Origin: Acidobacteriota bacterium
Lineage (GTDB): Bacteria > Acidobacteriota > Terriglobia > Acidiferrales > UBA7541
Direction of reading: 5' to 3'
Assembly (NCBI GenBank): GCA_018268785.1
Contig: JAFDVY010000004.1
Location: forward strand, 24,735 to 88,734
Length of the DNA stretch: 64,000 bases
Within the stretch, counting starts at the first letter, position 1. Each line of letters begins with the position of its first letter. The notes under the pieces are model-generated. The model had not been told where the DNA came from. It did no database searches and saw nothing but the letters and a program-made list of their open reading frames with translations. Both the position numbers and the translations under genes were made by a program. Below are positions 1 through 7,717 of this stretch, one piece after another.

Positions 1-1440
1 TCCCGTCAACATCGCGTAGGCTGTCGGATGCATCGGATGTTTCGAACTGGGTTTCTTCCGCAGTTCTTCGAATCTAGCCCGTGCGTTTAGCCGTTTCCCA
101 AAATCGTCACGAATCCATTCCGGAAACGGGTCGCTCTCCACTCCTCGTCCAAATCGGTTCCGAATCCTTGAACGGATTCCCAATCCGAGATTTGGAAGCC
201 TCTTCCTTTCATACAAATGCTCCAGCAGCGCCCAAACTGCGCCCATGATTTTTCCCTGCTCTACGAGCTTTTTCAAGTATGGCCCTGCCGCTCCCAGCAA
301 GATGTCGTCCCCGCCATTGCCCGTCAATGCCACTCGCGCCATCTTGCCGGCGCTCTTGTACCCCTCCACGTTAAGCGCCAAATAAGGCTCGTGCTTCGGC
401 TCCGGAAGCGGGAACCCATCCCGCTCCACCTCATCGGAAAATGGCTCGCAATTCCCCGCGTGCTGCGTTTCGATCGGTATCTCCAGATATTCCGCGACGC
501 GTCTCGCTTCTTCCCCCTCAGGATCGTCAAACAAGGGCGCATAGTCGGTTGTCTGTGCGCTTACTTTTCCGGTAAGTCCGCTCCCTGCCGCGATTCGCTT
601 CGCTTCCGCCGCCACACTCGTTGAATCCAGCCCGCCACTCATAAAAATCACTGCGCCGCTGCCCGGAAGTCTGTCTTTCACCGACAGGTGAAACAGCTCC
701 CGAAAATGCTCGATATATTCTTCTTCCTTTTTATAAATCAGCGGCTCTTCCATGGGAAGCTGTGTCAGCCGTTTTACCTGCAATTTTCCGCCGGAAAACT
801 CCAGCACATGGCCCGGTGTGAGTCGCCGGATCTTTCGGTAGACCGTTCGTTCCTCTTCCAGACACCATGACGTAAGCAAATAGTCCGCCAGATAATTCTC
901 GTCCAGTTCTCCGCCGGATCCTTGCGCCGCGCATATCGCCTCCAGGGTATTGCTGAAACTTAGCTCTCCCCGCTCCTCGCAATAGAAAAAAGGCTTCGCG
1001 CCGGTCGCATCCCGGTATCCCTTCAGCTTTTTCTCGCGCGCGTCCCACAAGACAAACGAATAGTCGCCGTCTAGATCCGCGATCCCTTTTTCTCCAAAGA
1101 TTTGAAACGCGTGCAACACCAGTTCTTCGTCCGTACTCGTCCTCCCGATCGCCTCTCCTCTTTGAACAAATCGCTCCATCAACTCATTGCGTCCATCGAG
1201 TCTCACGTCACCCAGCAGCCACACCTTTCCGTCCAAGGAAAATGGCTGGGACTTGGTTTGTGGCGCAGGCCCCGTCTTCAGGAAGGAAAACCAAAAGTGC
1301 ACGCCCGGATGAGACCACTCCATTTGCCCATCCGGTCCGCGAAACGCAATCTCTTTTGCAATCCGCGCGGCTCGCTCCGCAGCAATGCCGCTTCCTTCGC
1401 CTTCGTCGCCTGATCTCACAACACCCGCGAACCCGCTCAT
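1..1440 (-). CDS. Lasso-peptide cyclase (asparagine-synthetase-like lactam synthetase, McjC type); 3' end lies beyond the left edge
   Basis: Absent from the ORF track because the frame has no stop inside the window. My reverse-complement translation from ATG 1440..1438 is open for all 480 codons: MSGFAGVVRSGDEG...LDGDYSFVLWDAREKKLKGYRDATGAKPFFY...GAVIFMSGGLDSTSVAAEAKR...RVALTGNGGDDILLG. It has the AsnB fold with PP-loop SGGLDS, but Ser replaces the N-terminal Cys nucleophile. The start overlaps the B2 stop by 4 nt. Confidence 0.85.
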   Translation of the reverse strand, partial: MSGFAGVVRSGDEGEGSGIAAERAARIAKEIAFRGPDGQMEWSHPGVHFWFSFLKTGPAPQTKSQPFSLDGKVWLLGDVRLDGRNELMERFVQRGEAIGRTSTDEELVLHAFQIFGEKGIADLDGDYSFVLWDAREKKLKGYRDATGAKPFFYCEERGELSFSNTLEAICAAQGSGGELDENYLADYLLTSWCLEEERTVYRKIRRLTPGHVLEFSGGKLQVKRLTQLPMEEPLIYKKEEEYIEHFRELFHLSVKDRLPGSGAVIFMSGGLDSTSVAAEAKRIAAGSGLTGKVSAQTTDYAPLFDDPEGEEARRVAEYLEIPIETQHAGNCEPFSDEVERDGFPLPEPKHEPYLALNVEGYKSAGKMARVALTGNGGDDILLGAAGPYLKKLVEQGKIMGAVWALLEHLYERKRLPNLGLGIRSRIRNRFGRGVESDPFPEWIRDDFGKRLNARARFEELRKKPSSKHPMHPTAYAMLTG

Positions 1441-1913
1441 GGGCGCGCCGAAGGCATCGAACTGAATTCCGCTTCAAACGGTGCGTAATGGTCGTGCAGC
1501 GCTTCCGTCTCATTTAGCGCAACGCCGTCGCACTCCACCCACGCATGCGCTTCAAACTTTGGAATATTTTTCTTCACGCCAATCCGCAATTGCGCTTCGA
1601 TTCCCTGCCTGCGCAATAAATACGCCAGTACCAGCGATTCTTCCAGACACGATGGATTTCCCAATCCGTGCCTTGCGGCAGCGCGTACCATCCGCGCCGT
1701 CAACGCCACTCGTTCCGCTCCCGAATTGGGCACACCAGTTTCCCGAAACGGGCTTTCTGAAATGCCGCCCATTCCTCGTAAAGATCGATTTGTTGCTTGA
1801 AATCCCTGCAGCCTCAATCGCAGCGTCACCCACGGCAGAAGCACCGCAGCGCGCAACAACAGCGCACGCCCCGGCGGAGGTAAGTCCCTAAACCGTCGAA
1901 GCCGTTCCAACAT
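1437..1913 (-). CDS. Lasso-peptide leader protease B2 (transglutaminase-like cysteine protease, McjB C-terminal type)
   Basis: ORF track 1437..1931 (TTG start), trimmed to ATG 1913. The motifs NPSCLEESLVLAYLLRRQG and FEAHAWVECDG supply the Cys/His/Asp transglutaminase core typical of lasso B2 proteins. The gene overlaps B1 and C. Confidence 0.85.
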   Translation of the reverse strand: MLERLRRFRDLPPPGRALLLRAAVLLPWVTLRLRLQGFQATNRSLRGMGGISESPFRETGVPNSGAERVALTARMVRAAARHGLGNPSCLEESLVLAYLLRRQGIEAQLRIGVKKNIPKFEAHAWVECDGVALNETEALHDHYAPFEAEFSSMPSARP

Positions 1914-2193
1914 CGGCGGGGTGCAGCGCAATCAGGCCGTTTTCCACAAGCCGGCCCAGCAATTCTGTCAGGTGATTCTGCAATGTCTCCGGCGTCGCGT
2001 CATATTCCTCTTGCAACTGAGCTATCGCCGTTTCCACATTCGCTGCGGCCGTCACTACCTGCCACATCCGCGTTCCCATCTCGTCCAGCCCGAAATACCG
2101 CTCCGTCTCCAGATTCAGCAGGACCGACTCTCGATCCATGAACCGCACCAAAACGTGTTGAGGTACAACGACACGGTCCGCAAGTGAAACCAT
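1888..2193 (-). CDS. PqqD-family RiPP recognition element (lasso B1)
   Basis: ORF track 1888..2268 (GTG start), trimmed to ATG 2193, which has GAGG about 10 nt upstream. MVSLADRVVVPQHVLVRFMDRESVLLNLETERYFGLDEMGTRMWQ is a PqqD-like winged-helix pattern. About 100 aa is the usual size for B1. Confidence 0.8.
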   Translation of the reverse strand: MVSLADRVVVPQHVLVRFMDRESVLLNLETERYFGLDEMGTRMWQVVTAAANVETAIAQLQEEYDATPETLQNHLTELLGRLVENGLIALHPADVGTASTV

Positions 2194-2387
2194 TTCTGAG
2201 CTGCCTCGTTTCCGGGGGCTTGCAAACGCAGCAGGCTGGGTCCCGCTTCGATTGAACAACCGGCCCACCTTATTCTAATGCCATAACCCTTACCCGGTCA
2301 CGCTGCAACTTCCGTGCCAAGCTGTCACCCCTTTCAACACCATATCTCCAAAGTTGTTTCTCTCTTTCGAACGCGCCATAATTCGCC

Positions 2388-3206
2388 GTGCCCGATTTCG
2401 CCGTCTCCATCGACTCCCTCACGAAATTCTTCCCGCCCGCCCGCACCGGCTGGCGCGCCTTCCTCCAGCCTTTCGAAAAACCCACTATTCCCGCGCTTCA
2501 TCAACTCTCTCTCGATATCCGCGCAGGCGAATCCGTCGCCCTCCTCGGCGCAAATGGCGCCGGTAAATCCACCTTGCTCCGCATTCTTTCCACGCTTCTT
2601 CTTCCCACCAGCGGCCGCGCCTTTCTCGCTGGCCACGACGCCGCACAATTCCCTTCCGAAGTCCGCCGCAATCTCGGCTACCACGCCGGCAGCGACCTCG
2701 GTTTTTATCCTCGCCTCACCGGCCGCCAAAATCTTCTTTTCTTCGCACAATTGAACCATCTTCCCGCTGGCATCGCGCGCGATCGCATCGACCAATTCGC
2801 CGCGCAATTCGAACTCTCGGAAGCCCTGGACCGTCAGGTCCGCACACTCTCTTCCGGTACCATCCAGCGTCTTAGTCTCGCTCGCGCCCTCATGCACTCG
2901 CCGCGCATCCTTCTCCTCGATGAGCCCACGCGCAGCCTCGACGCCATCGCAGCGGCCTCTTTCCGCCATTTCCTCAAATCTCAAATCCTGCAATCCGGCG
3001 CCACCTCTCTCCTCTTCGCCTCTCACTCCCTCCCTGAAATCGAACTTCTCGCTCATCGCGTCGCCATCCTCAAGAAAGGCCGCCTCATCGCCCTCGATTC
3101 TCCCGCCGCCCTTATCCAACAAACAGCTTCGCACTCCCTCGAAGAAGCCTTCTTCCGCCTCACCGGCCATGCTCACGATCTTCCCGCCGAAGAGGTTCAC
3201 TTATGA
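2388..3206 (+). CDS. ABC transporter ATP-binding protein
   Basis: Walker A GANGAGKST, signature LSSGTIQRLSLARAL, Walker B ILLLDEPT. GTG 2388 is the only possible start, because an in-frame stop lies 3 codons upstream. Transcribed divergently from the lasso genes. Confidence 0.9.
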   Translation: MPDFAVSIDSLTKFFPPARTGWRAFLQPFEKPTIPALHQLSLDIRAGESVALLGANGAGKSTLLRILSTLLLPTSGRAFLAGHDAAQFPSEVRRNLGYHAGSDLGFYPRLTGRQNLLFFAQLNHLPAGIARDRIDQFAAQFELSEALDRQVRTLSSGTIQRLSLARALMHSPRILLLDEPTRSLDAIAAASFRHFLKSQILQSGATSLLFASHSLPEIELLAHRVAILKKGRLIALDSPAALIQQTASHSLEEAFFRLTGHAHDLPAEEVHL

Positions 3207-4018
3207 CCCCATTTTTCCGCGAACTCTTCCTCTTCTTCTGGCGCGACCTCCAAATCGCCAAGTCCTACCGCAGTCCCATCGTCCTCGAAGCCATCCAGGC
3301 TCTCTTCGGCACCGCGATGTTTTATTACATCGCTCGTTTCGTGGACAGCCCCGAACTTCGTCACACTCTGCCGCAATCCGGCGGCTACTTCGCCTTCTCG
3401 CTCGTCGGCTTCGTTTTCCTCGACTATCTCAACGCCGCCCTGGACACCTTTGATCGCAGCCTCGAAGAAGCCCGCGACTCCGGCACGCTCGAGCATCTTC
3501 TCGTCACACAAACTTCCCTTCCCGCAATTCTCGCAGGCTCGGCCCTCTATCCTTTTGCGGCTACAACGCTTCGCATAGCCGTTTACATTGCCTGGGGCGC
3601 GATTTTCTTCAGCTTTCCTCTCGGCTCCGCCAATTGGCTCGCCGTTCTTCTCGTTCTCGTCGTTTCTCTCCTCGCCTTCTCCGGCCTCGGCATTCTTTCC
3701 GCCAGCTACCTCATTCTCTTCAAGCGCGGCAATCCCGCAAAATGGCTCTTGCTGGGCGTCTCCAGCGTCGCCGGCGGCATGCTGTTCCCAATCTCCATTC
3801 TTCCCGGTTGGCTCCAGTTTCTCGCGCGCCTGAATCCCATCACCTACGCCCTCGACGCCATGCGCGCCGCCCTCCTCGGCTCCGTTCGCATCCGCGAACT
3901 TGCGCACCCTCTCGCCATCCTCCTGCTCTTCGCCGCTGTTCTCCTCCCGCTCAGCATGCTTTCTTTTTCCGCGGCACTTCGCCGCACAAAATCCACCGGC
4001 ACGCTCGCCCACCGCTAA
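3203..4018 (+). CDS. ABC-2 type transporter permease
   Basis: 4-nt overlap with the ATPase gene. About six hydrophobic helices, and size and pattern typical of ABC-2 exporter permeases. Confidence 0.8.
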   Translation: MTPFFRELFLFFWRDLQIAKSYRSPIVLEAIQALFGTAMFYYIARFVDSPELRHTLPQSGGYFAFSLVGFVFLDYLNAALDTFDRSLEEARDSGTLEHLLVTQTSLPAILAGSALYPFAATTLRIAVYIAWGAIFFSFPLGSANWLAVLLVLVVSLLAFSGLGILSASYLILFKRGNPAKWLLLGVSSVAGGMLFPISILPGWLQFLARLNPITYALDAMRAALLGSVRIRELAHPLAILLLFAAVLLPLSMLSFSAALRRTKSTGTLAHR

Positions 4019-4027
4019 ACAGAAAGA

Positions 4028-4052
4028 GCCGGCGATTTTTCTGATCGCCGGC
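4028..4052. terminator. Bidirectional stem-loop between convergent genes
   Basis: GCCGGCGAT-ttttctg-ATCGCCGGC, a 9-bp perfect stem with T-rich flanks on both strands. It sits between the stops at 4018 (+) and 4084 (-). Confidence 0.5.
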
Positions 4053-4083
4053 CCCTTTGCTTTCTGAAGCTGTCTGAATTTAA

Positions 4084-5229
4084 TTACGGCTTCTTTTTCT
4101 TCTCGTTCACCTTCGTAGCTACGCCACCCATCATTCCCTTCAATTGATCCAGTCCCGCTTTTGCTTCTTTCCCCCACGGGCCGTTCGGATCCAGATCAAT
4201 CGCGTGCTGGAACGCTTCCAATGTCCCCGGTTTCGGATTCACTTCAATCGAATTTGCTGTCTGCTTGTAAATGCTTGGGTCTGCCATCATGCAACTCGCC
4301 AGCAAATACCACGTCTGGGCGTTCTTAGGATCGAGTTCCGTTGATTTCTTCAGTGGTTCAATCGCTTCCACCATCTTCTGCGCCTTGTACATGATGATGC
4401 CGTAGTTGCGCCAGGCCTGCGCTGCATTCGCCGGATCAAGCTCCGCCGCTTTCTGGAACGATGCCGTCGCATCGTTTGTCTCCCCTGCACGGCCCTGCAC
4501 GCCGCCCAAATTCATGTAAAAACTTGCCGCCGGTTTCAGCTCAATCGCGGTCTTGTAAGCCGCAATCGCATCATCTGCGCGTCCCGCCTCCTCGTAAGCA
4601 TCCGCCAGACGGCTGTAAATCAGCGGCAGGTTCTGGTCTTTTTCGGGAGCGGCCGTTTTTGCCGCTTCGAATTCCGTTACCGCCTTTTCCGCATTTTCCT
4701 TTTCCGTCTGCTTCAGCGCGTCCCGCTGATCCGCTGGCGCCTTCGCATAGTCTGTCTTCGCTTGCTTCGCCGCGTTCAGCGCAACGTCGCCCGCCTCGAA
4801 GTGCGCCTTCATTCCGCCCATTTTCTTCAAGTCTTCGGCTTGCTTTTTCACGGCGGCGGCGTATTCCGGATTCTTCTTCGCCACCAATTCCAGCAAATTC
4901 AAATCCGCCGGTACTATCTGCCCGCCTCCGACCTTCACTTGCCCCGCCAGATACGGCTCTTTTTGGTATGGCAATGCCAGGAAGATCTTGTACGTCCCTG
5001 CCTTCAATTGTGCGAAGTTATATTTCCCGCTGGCATCGGTCTTGGTTTCGGTCTTCGCGCCCTGGTCGCTCTCAACCGTCACCGTATAGTTCGGCCACGG
5101 TTTCCCTTCCAGATCGGAAATCGTTCCCGCAATTCCGCCATCTTGCGCTTTCGCTCGTGGCGCTGCCGCAAACAACATCGCCGCCGCAGCCACGGCCATC
5201 ATTGCCCACGTCCTGCTCCATCGCTTCAT
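4084..5229 (-). CDS. Secreted CarboxypepD_reg-like + TPR repeat protein
   Basis: ORF 4084..5280 trimmed to ATG 5229 (GGAG about 9 nt upstream). Signal peptide MKRWSRTWAMMAVAAAAMLFAAAPRAKAQ. Ig-like segment GTISDLEGKPWPNYTVTVESDQGAKTETKTDASGKYNFAQLKAGTYKI, followed by TPR-like repeats. Confidence 0.75.
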   Translation of the reverse strand: MKRWSRTWAMMAVAAAAMLFAAAPRAKAQDGGIAGTISDLEGKPWPNYTVTVESDQGAKTETKTDASGKYNFAQLKAGTYKIFLALPYQKEPYLAGQVKVGGGQIVPADLNLLELVAKKNPEYAAAVKKQAEDLKKMGGMKAHFEAGDVALNAAKQAKTDYAKAPADQRDALKQTEKENAEKAVTEFEAAKTAAPEKDQNLPLIYSRLADAYEEAGRADDAIAAYKTAIELKPAASFYMNLGGVQGRAGETNDATASFQKAAELDPANAAQAWRNYGIIMYKAQKMVEAIEPLKKSTELDPKNAQTWYLLASCMMADPSIYKQTANSIEVNPKPGTLEAFQHAIDLDPNGPWGKEAKAGLDQLKGMMGGVATKVNEKKKKP

Positions 5230-5360
5230 TCCCAATTCTCCTTTTGCGTGCATGCCGCTCTTGCAGCCAATCTTTTGCATGGGGGAGCCTCCGCCGGACG
5301 GTTTGGGGAGGGCCTCAGAATGCGCCTTATTATCTTCTCATCCGCCTCAGATTCCAACCC

Positions 5361-6077
5361 TCAAGCCTGCGCCAACGCTTTTCCTTTGTACGGAATCGGG
5401 TCTGGGGTTCCCGCTTCCGCAAATGCCTTCAGCCGCAGCAAACAACTGTCGCAGACTCCGCAGGCTTCCTGCTCGCTCTGGTAGCACGACCAGGTTAGAT
5501 GCAGCGGCGCACCCAGCTCGATGCCTTTGCGTATGATCTCGCTTTTCTTCATCGCAATCACCGGCGTCACAATTTCAATTTGCGTCTCCGGCCGCGTTCC
5601 CACGCGAATCAAATCCTGAAACACTTTGTAATATTCCGGCCGGCAATCCGGATATCCCGAACTGTCTTCCGCCACCGCGCCGATGTAAATAAAATTGGCT
5701 CCAATCGCTTCCGCCCAGCTCACCGCCACCGATAAAAAATGCGCATTGCGGAACGGCACATAGGTCACCGGAATCTTGCTTCCATGCGCTCCCGCTTCCT
5801 CCAATTTATTCTCCGGCACCGCGATCTTCGCATCCGTCAGCGCCGACCCGCCAATCGCGCGAAAATGCTCCAGCCGCACCATCAACCGTTCGCGAACTCC
5901 ATAAAATTCCGCTATTCCTTCGAACGCTTGACGCTCCCGCGCTTCTGTTCTCTGTCCGTATCCTGCATGGAGCAGCGCAATCTTATCCGCCCCATGCCGC
6001 GCCCGCGCCATCGCCGTGCACACGCACGAATCCATTCCCCCACTTAACAGCACCACCGCTTTTTCCGTTCGGCTCAT
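5361..6077 (-). CDS. queC: 7-cyano-7-deazaguanine synthase
   Basis: PP-loop VVLLSGGMDS and a C-terminal Zn-Cys cluster CYQSEQEACGVCDSCLLR. Length 238 aa. Confidence 0.95.
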   Translation of the reverse strand: MSRTEKAVVLLSGGMDSCVCTAMARARHGADKIALLHAGYGQRTEARERQAFEGIAEFYGVRERLMVRLEHFRAIGGSALTDAKIAVPENKLEEAGAHGSKIPVTYVPFRNAHFLSVAVSWAEAIGANFIYIGAVAEDSSGYPDCRPEYYKVFQDLIRVGTRPETQIEIVTPVIAMKKSEIIRKGIELGAPLHLTWSCYQSEQEACGVCDSCLLRLKAFAEAGTPDPIPYKGKALAQA

Positions 6078-6086
6078 CTTCTGCGC

Positions 6087-6800
6087 TCAAACGCCTTTCG
6101 TCGCCGGATGCCACACAAACTTGTGCAACTGCAACCCCAGCCGCACCTTCAAACCATCTTCCAGCATCCATTCCACGAGCTGCCGCGGCTCCAGCCCCTT
6201 CCACTTCCCCTCTGGATCGTCAAATACCGGCGAAAACAAAACCTGTTTCACCTTCTCGCTCAATCCATGCTCCCGCGTAAATTCCCTCGCAAACTCATAA
6301 TCTTTCCGTGACGAAATTACAAATTTGATCTCATCGTTCTCGCTCACCGCGTCCAGATTCTTCATCTCAAACGTGTCCGCTTCACCCGAATCCGGACATT
6401 TTACGTCCACGATCTTGATCACCTCGCGCGGCAATCGCCCCACGAACTTTTCCCCGCTCGTCTCGATCATCACCGTATATCCCGCCGCAACCAATCTCTC
6501 CGCCAATGGGTAAATCTCTTCCTGCAAAAGCGGTTCCCCACCCGTCAATTCCACCAGCGGCACAATTTTCTTGCCACTGTAGGGGCCGACTTCTGAGTCG
6601 GCCCGCTTCCCCTGTGTCGCCAACTCCCTCACCCGCTCCATCACCTCGTCCACACTCATCTTCTTCCCGCCGTGAAACGCATACGCCGTATCGCACCAGG
6701 TGCAGCGCAAATTGCACCCGGTCAAACGCACAAATACACAGGGCAATCCTGCCCGCGTCCCTTCGCCTTGTATCGACTTGAATATTTCCGTGATGAACAT
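6087..6800 (-). CDS. queE: 7-carboxy-7-deazaguanine synthase (radical SAM)
   Basis: IQGEGTRAGLPCVFVRLTGCNLRCTWCDT carries the CxxxCxxC radical-SAM motif in the QueE context. Adjacent to queC. Confidence 0.95.
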   Translation of the reverse strand: MFITEIFKSIQGEGTRAGLPCVFVRLTGCNLRCTWCDTAYAFHGGKKMSVDEVMERVRELATQGKRADSEVGPYSGKKIVPLVELTGGEPLLQEEIYPLAERLVAAGYTVMIETSGEKFVGRLPREVIKIVDVKCPDSGEADTFEMKNLDAVSENDEIKFVISSRKDYEFAREFTREHGLSEKVKQVLFSPVFDDPEGKWKGLEPRQLVEWMLEDGLKVRLGLQLHKFVWHPATKGV

Positions 6801-6817
6801 CTGGTCCGCCGTTGCGT

Positions 6818-6855
6818 CTTCTCCGTGCTCTCTGTGGACTCTGCGTTATGAAAAC
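6818..6855. repeat. 38-nt short dispersed repeat, copy 1 (partner 45939..45976)
   Basis: cttctccgtgctctctgtggactctgcgttatgaaaac. By hand alignment 31 of 38 positions match the second copy, in the same orientation. Intergenic location. Confidence 0.7.
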
Positions 6856-6893
6856 TGTCTGTCTTAGCTGGCGCCCTGCAGCCTCGGCCGCTT

Positions 6894-7070
6894 TCAGCCT
6901 TTCGCACTCTTCGCTCTTTTTCCAATGAACCAGAGCCCAAATCCAAGCGCCGCCACAGCGCCGCCTAATCTCCAATACCCGGGCTCCATCCCTATCGCCC
7001 TGAGCACAATCACATACCCGATCGCCACCATCGCCGTCGGCGCCAAAATGATCAAGAACGCTCGATTCAT
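6894..7070 (-). CDS. Small hypothetical membrane protein (58 aa, below the ORF-track cutoff)
   Basis: My translation is MNRAFLIILAPTAMVAIGYVIVLRAIGMEPGYWRLGGAVAALGFGLWFIGKRAKSAKG: two hydrophobic helices and a basic tail. It lies between queD and queE on the same strand. The RBS is weak. Confidence 0.35.
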   Translation of the reverse strand: MNRAFLIILAPTAMVAIGYVIVLRAIGMEPGYWRLGGAVAALGFGLWFIGKRAKSAKG

Positions 7071-7110
7071 TCCGCTTGCTCACTCATCAATGCCGACCGA
7101 GATTTAGCAG

Positions 7111-7170
7111 TGGGTCAGTTTGAATTTTTTTGGTTCGTGACACAATATGTCAAAAATTCAAACTGACCCA
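7111..7170. repeat. 19-bp perfect inverted repeat with a 22-nt spacer (strong hairpin)
   Basis: The left arm tgggtcagtttgaattttt (7111..7129) is the exact reverse complement of aaaaattcaaactgaccca (7152..7170). AT-rich and intergenic, between queD and the small ORF. Confidence 0.85.
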
Positions 7171-7196
7171 TTGCCCGGGATTTGGAAAACTTGTCA

Positions 7197-7228
7197 TCCT
7201 GAGGGCATCCAGGAAGATGCCCGAAGGA
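7197..7228. repeat. Second imperfect hairpin (REP-like)
   Basis: TCCTGAGGGCATC-caggaa-GATGCCCGAAGGA: 13-nt arms with two internal mismatches. Confidence 0.6.
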
Positions 7229-7268
7229 CCTCAACAAAAAGTGCTTGGCAAAAACTTTGCCGCTGAAA

Positions 7269-7643
7269 CTAGGGCCGGTACACCGCGCACGCCGTATCCG
7301 TCTCCCAAATCACCGCTTCGGTCAGCTTCGCCCCTGCGGGAAGCGCCGGCAGCCTTGCCGTCATCTGCTCGTAAAAATACTTCGCCATATTTTCCGCGGA
7401 CGGATTCACGGTCTTGAACGGTTCCAAATCATTCAAGAACTGGTGATCAACCTCTGCGATAATTCCGCGAAGCGCCTGCTTCACATGCGTAAAGTCCACC
7501 AGCAGCCCAATCCCGTCCAGTTGCTGCCCCTCAATCGAAACCTGCACACGATAGTTGTGCCCATGCACGTTCTCGCACTTCCCCTTATACCCGCGCAGCG
7601 CGTGCCCCGATGAAAACGTCTCTTCCACACTCACTCGAAACAT
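7269..7643 (-). CDS. queD: 6-carboxy-5,6,7,8-tetrahydropterin synthase
   Basis: SSGHALRGYKGKCENVHGHNYRVQV carries the QueD/PTPS catalytic His/Cys motifs. Length 124 aa. Confidence 0.95.
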   Translation of the reverse strand: MFRVSVEETFSSGHALRGYKGKCENVHGHNYRVQVSIEGQQLDGIGLLVDFTHVKQALRGIIAEVDHQFLNDLEPFKTVNPSAENMAKYFYEQMTARLPALPAGAKLTEAVIWETDTACAVYRP

Positions 7644-7717
7644 ATCTCTCCTGAAATCATGTTGGTTCGTAGTTGCGTGTCCATAGGATTGTAGTGGCCG
7701 ATCTTCAGATCGGCTCC

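Noticed and set aside
2273-2410. Two small minus-strand ORFs upstream of the PqqD-like gene, considered as lasso precursor candidates: 46 aa METAKSGTANYGAFEREKQLWRYGVERGDSLARKLQRDRVRVMALE, and 29 aa at 2290..2379.
   Set aside because: Neither has a usable leader with Thr at -2 followed by a Gly/Ala/Ser/Cys-initiated core with Asp/Glu at positions 7-9. The 46-aa ORF would overlap the only possible start of the ABC ATPase gene by 23 nt. The 9-residue tail after the VTA of the 29-aa ORF has no acidic residue.
7644-7717. A possible preQ1 riboswitch in the queD leader.
   Set aside because: I could not find the short P1 stem plus the A-rich tail/ACUA-type core of preQ1-I/II. The only clear structure is GCCGATC-ttca-GATCGGC, which sits right after the dinG stop and looks like that gene's (U-tract-less) 3' hairpin. 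A cmscan would settle it.
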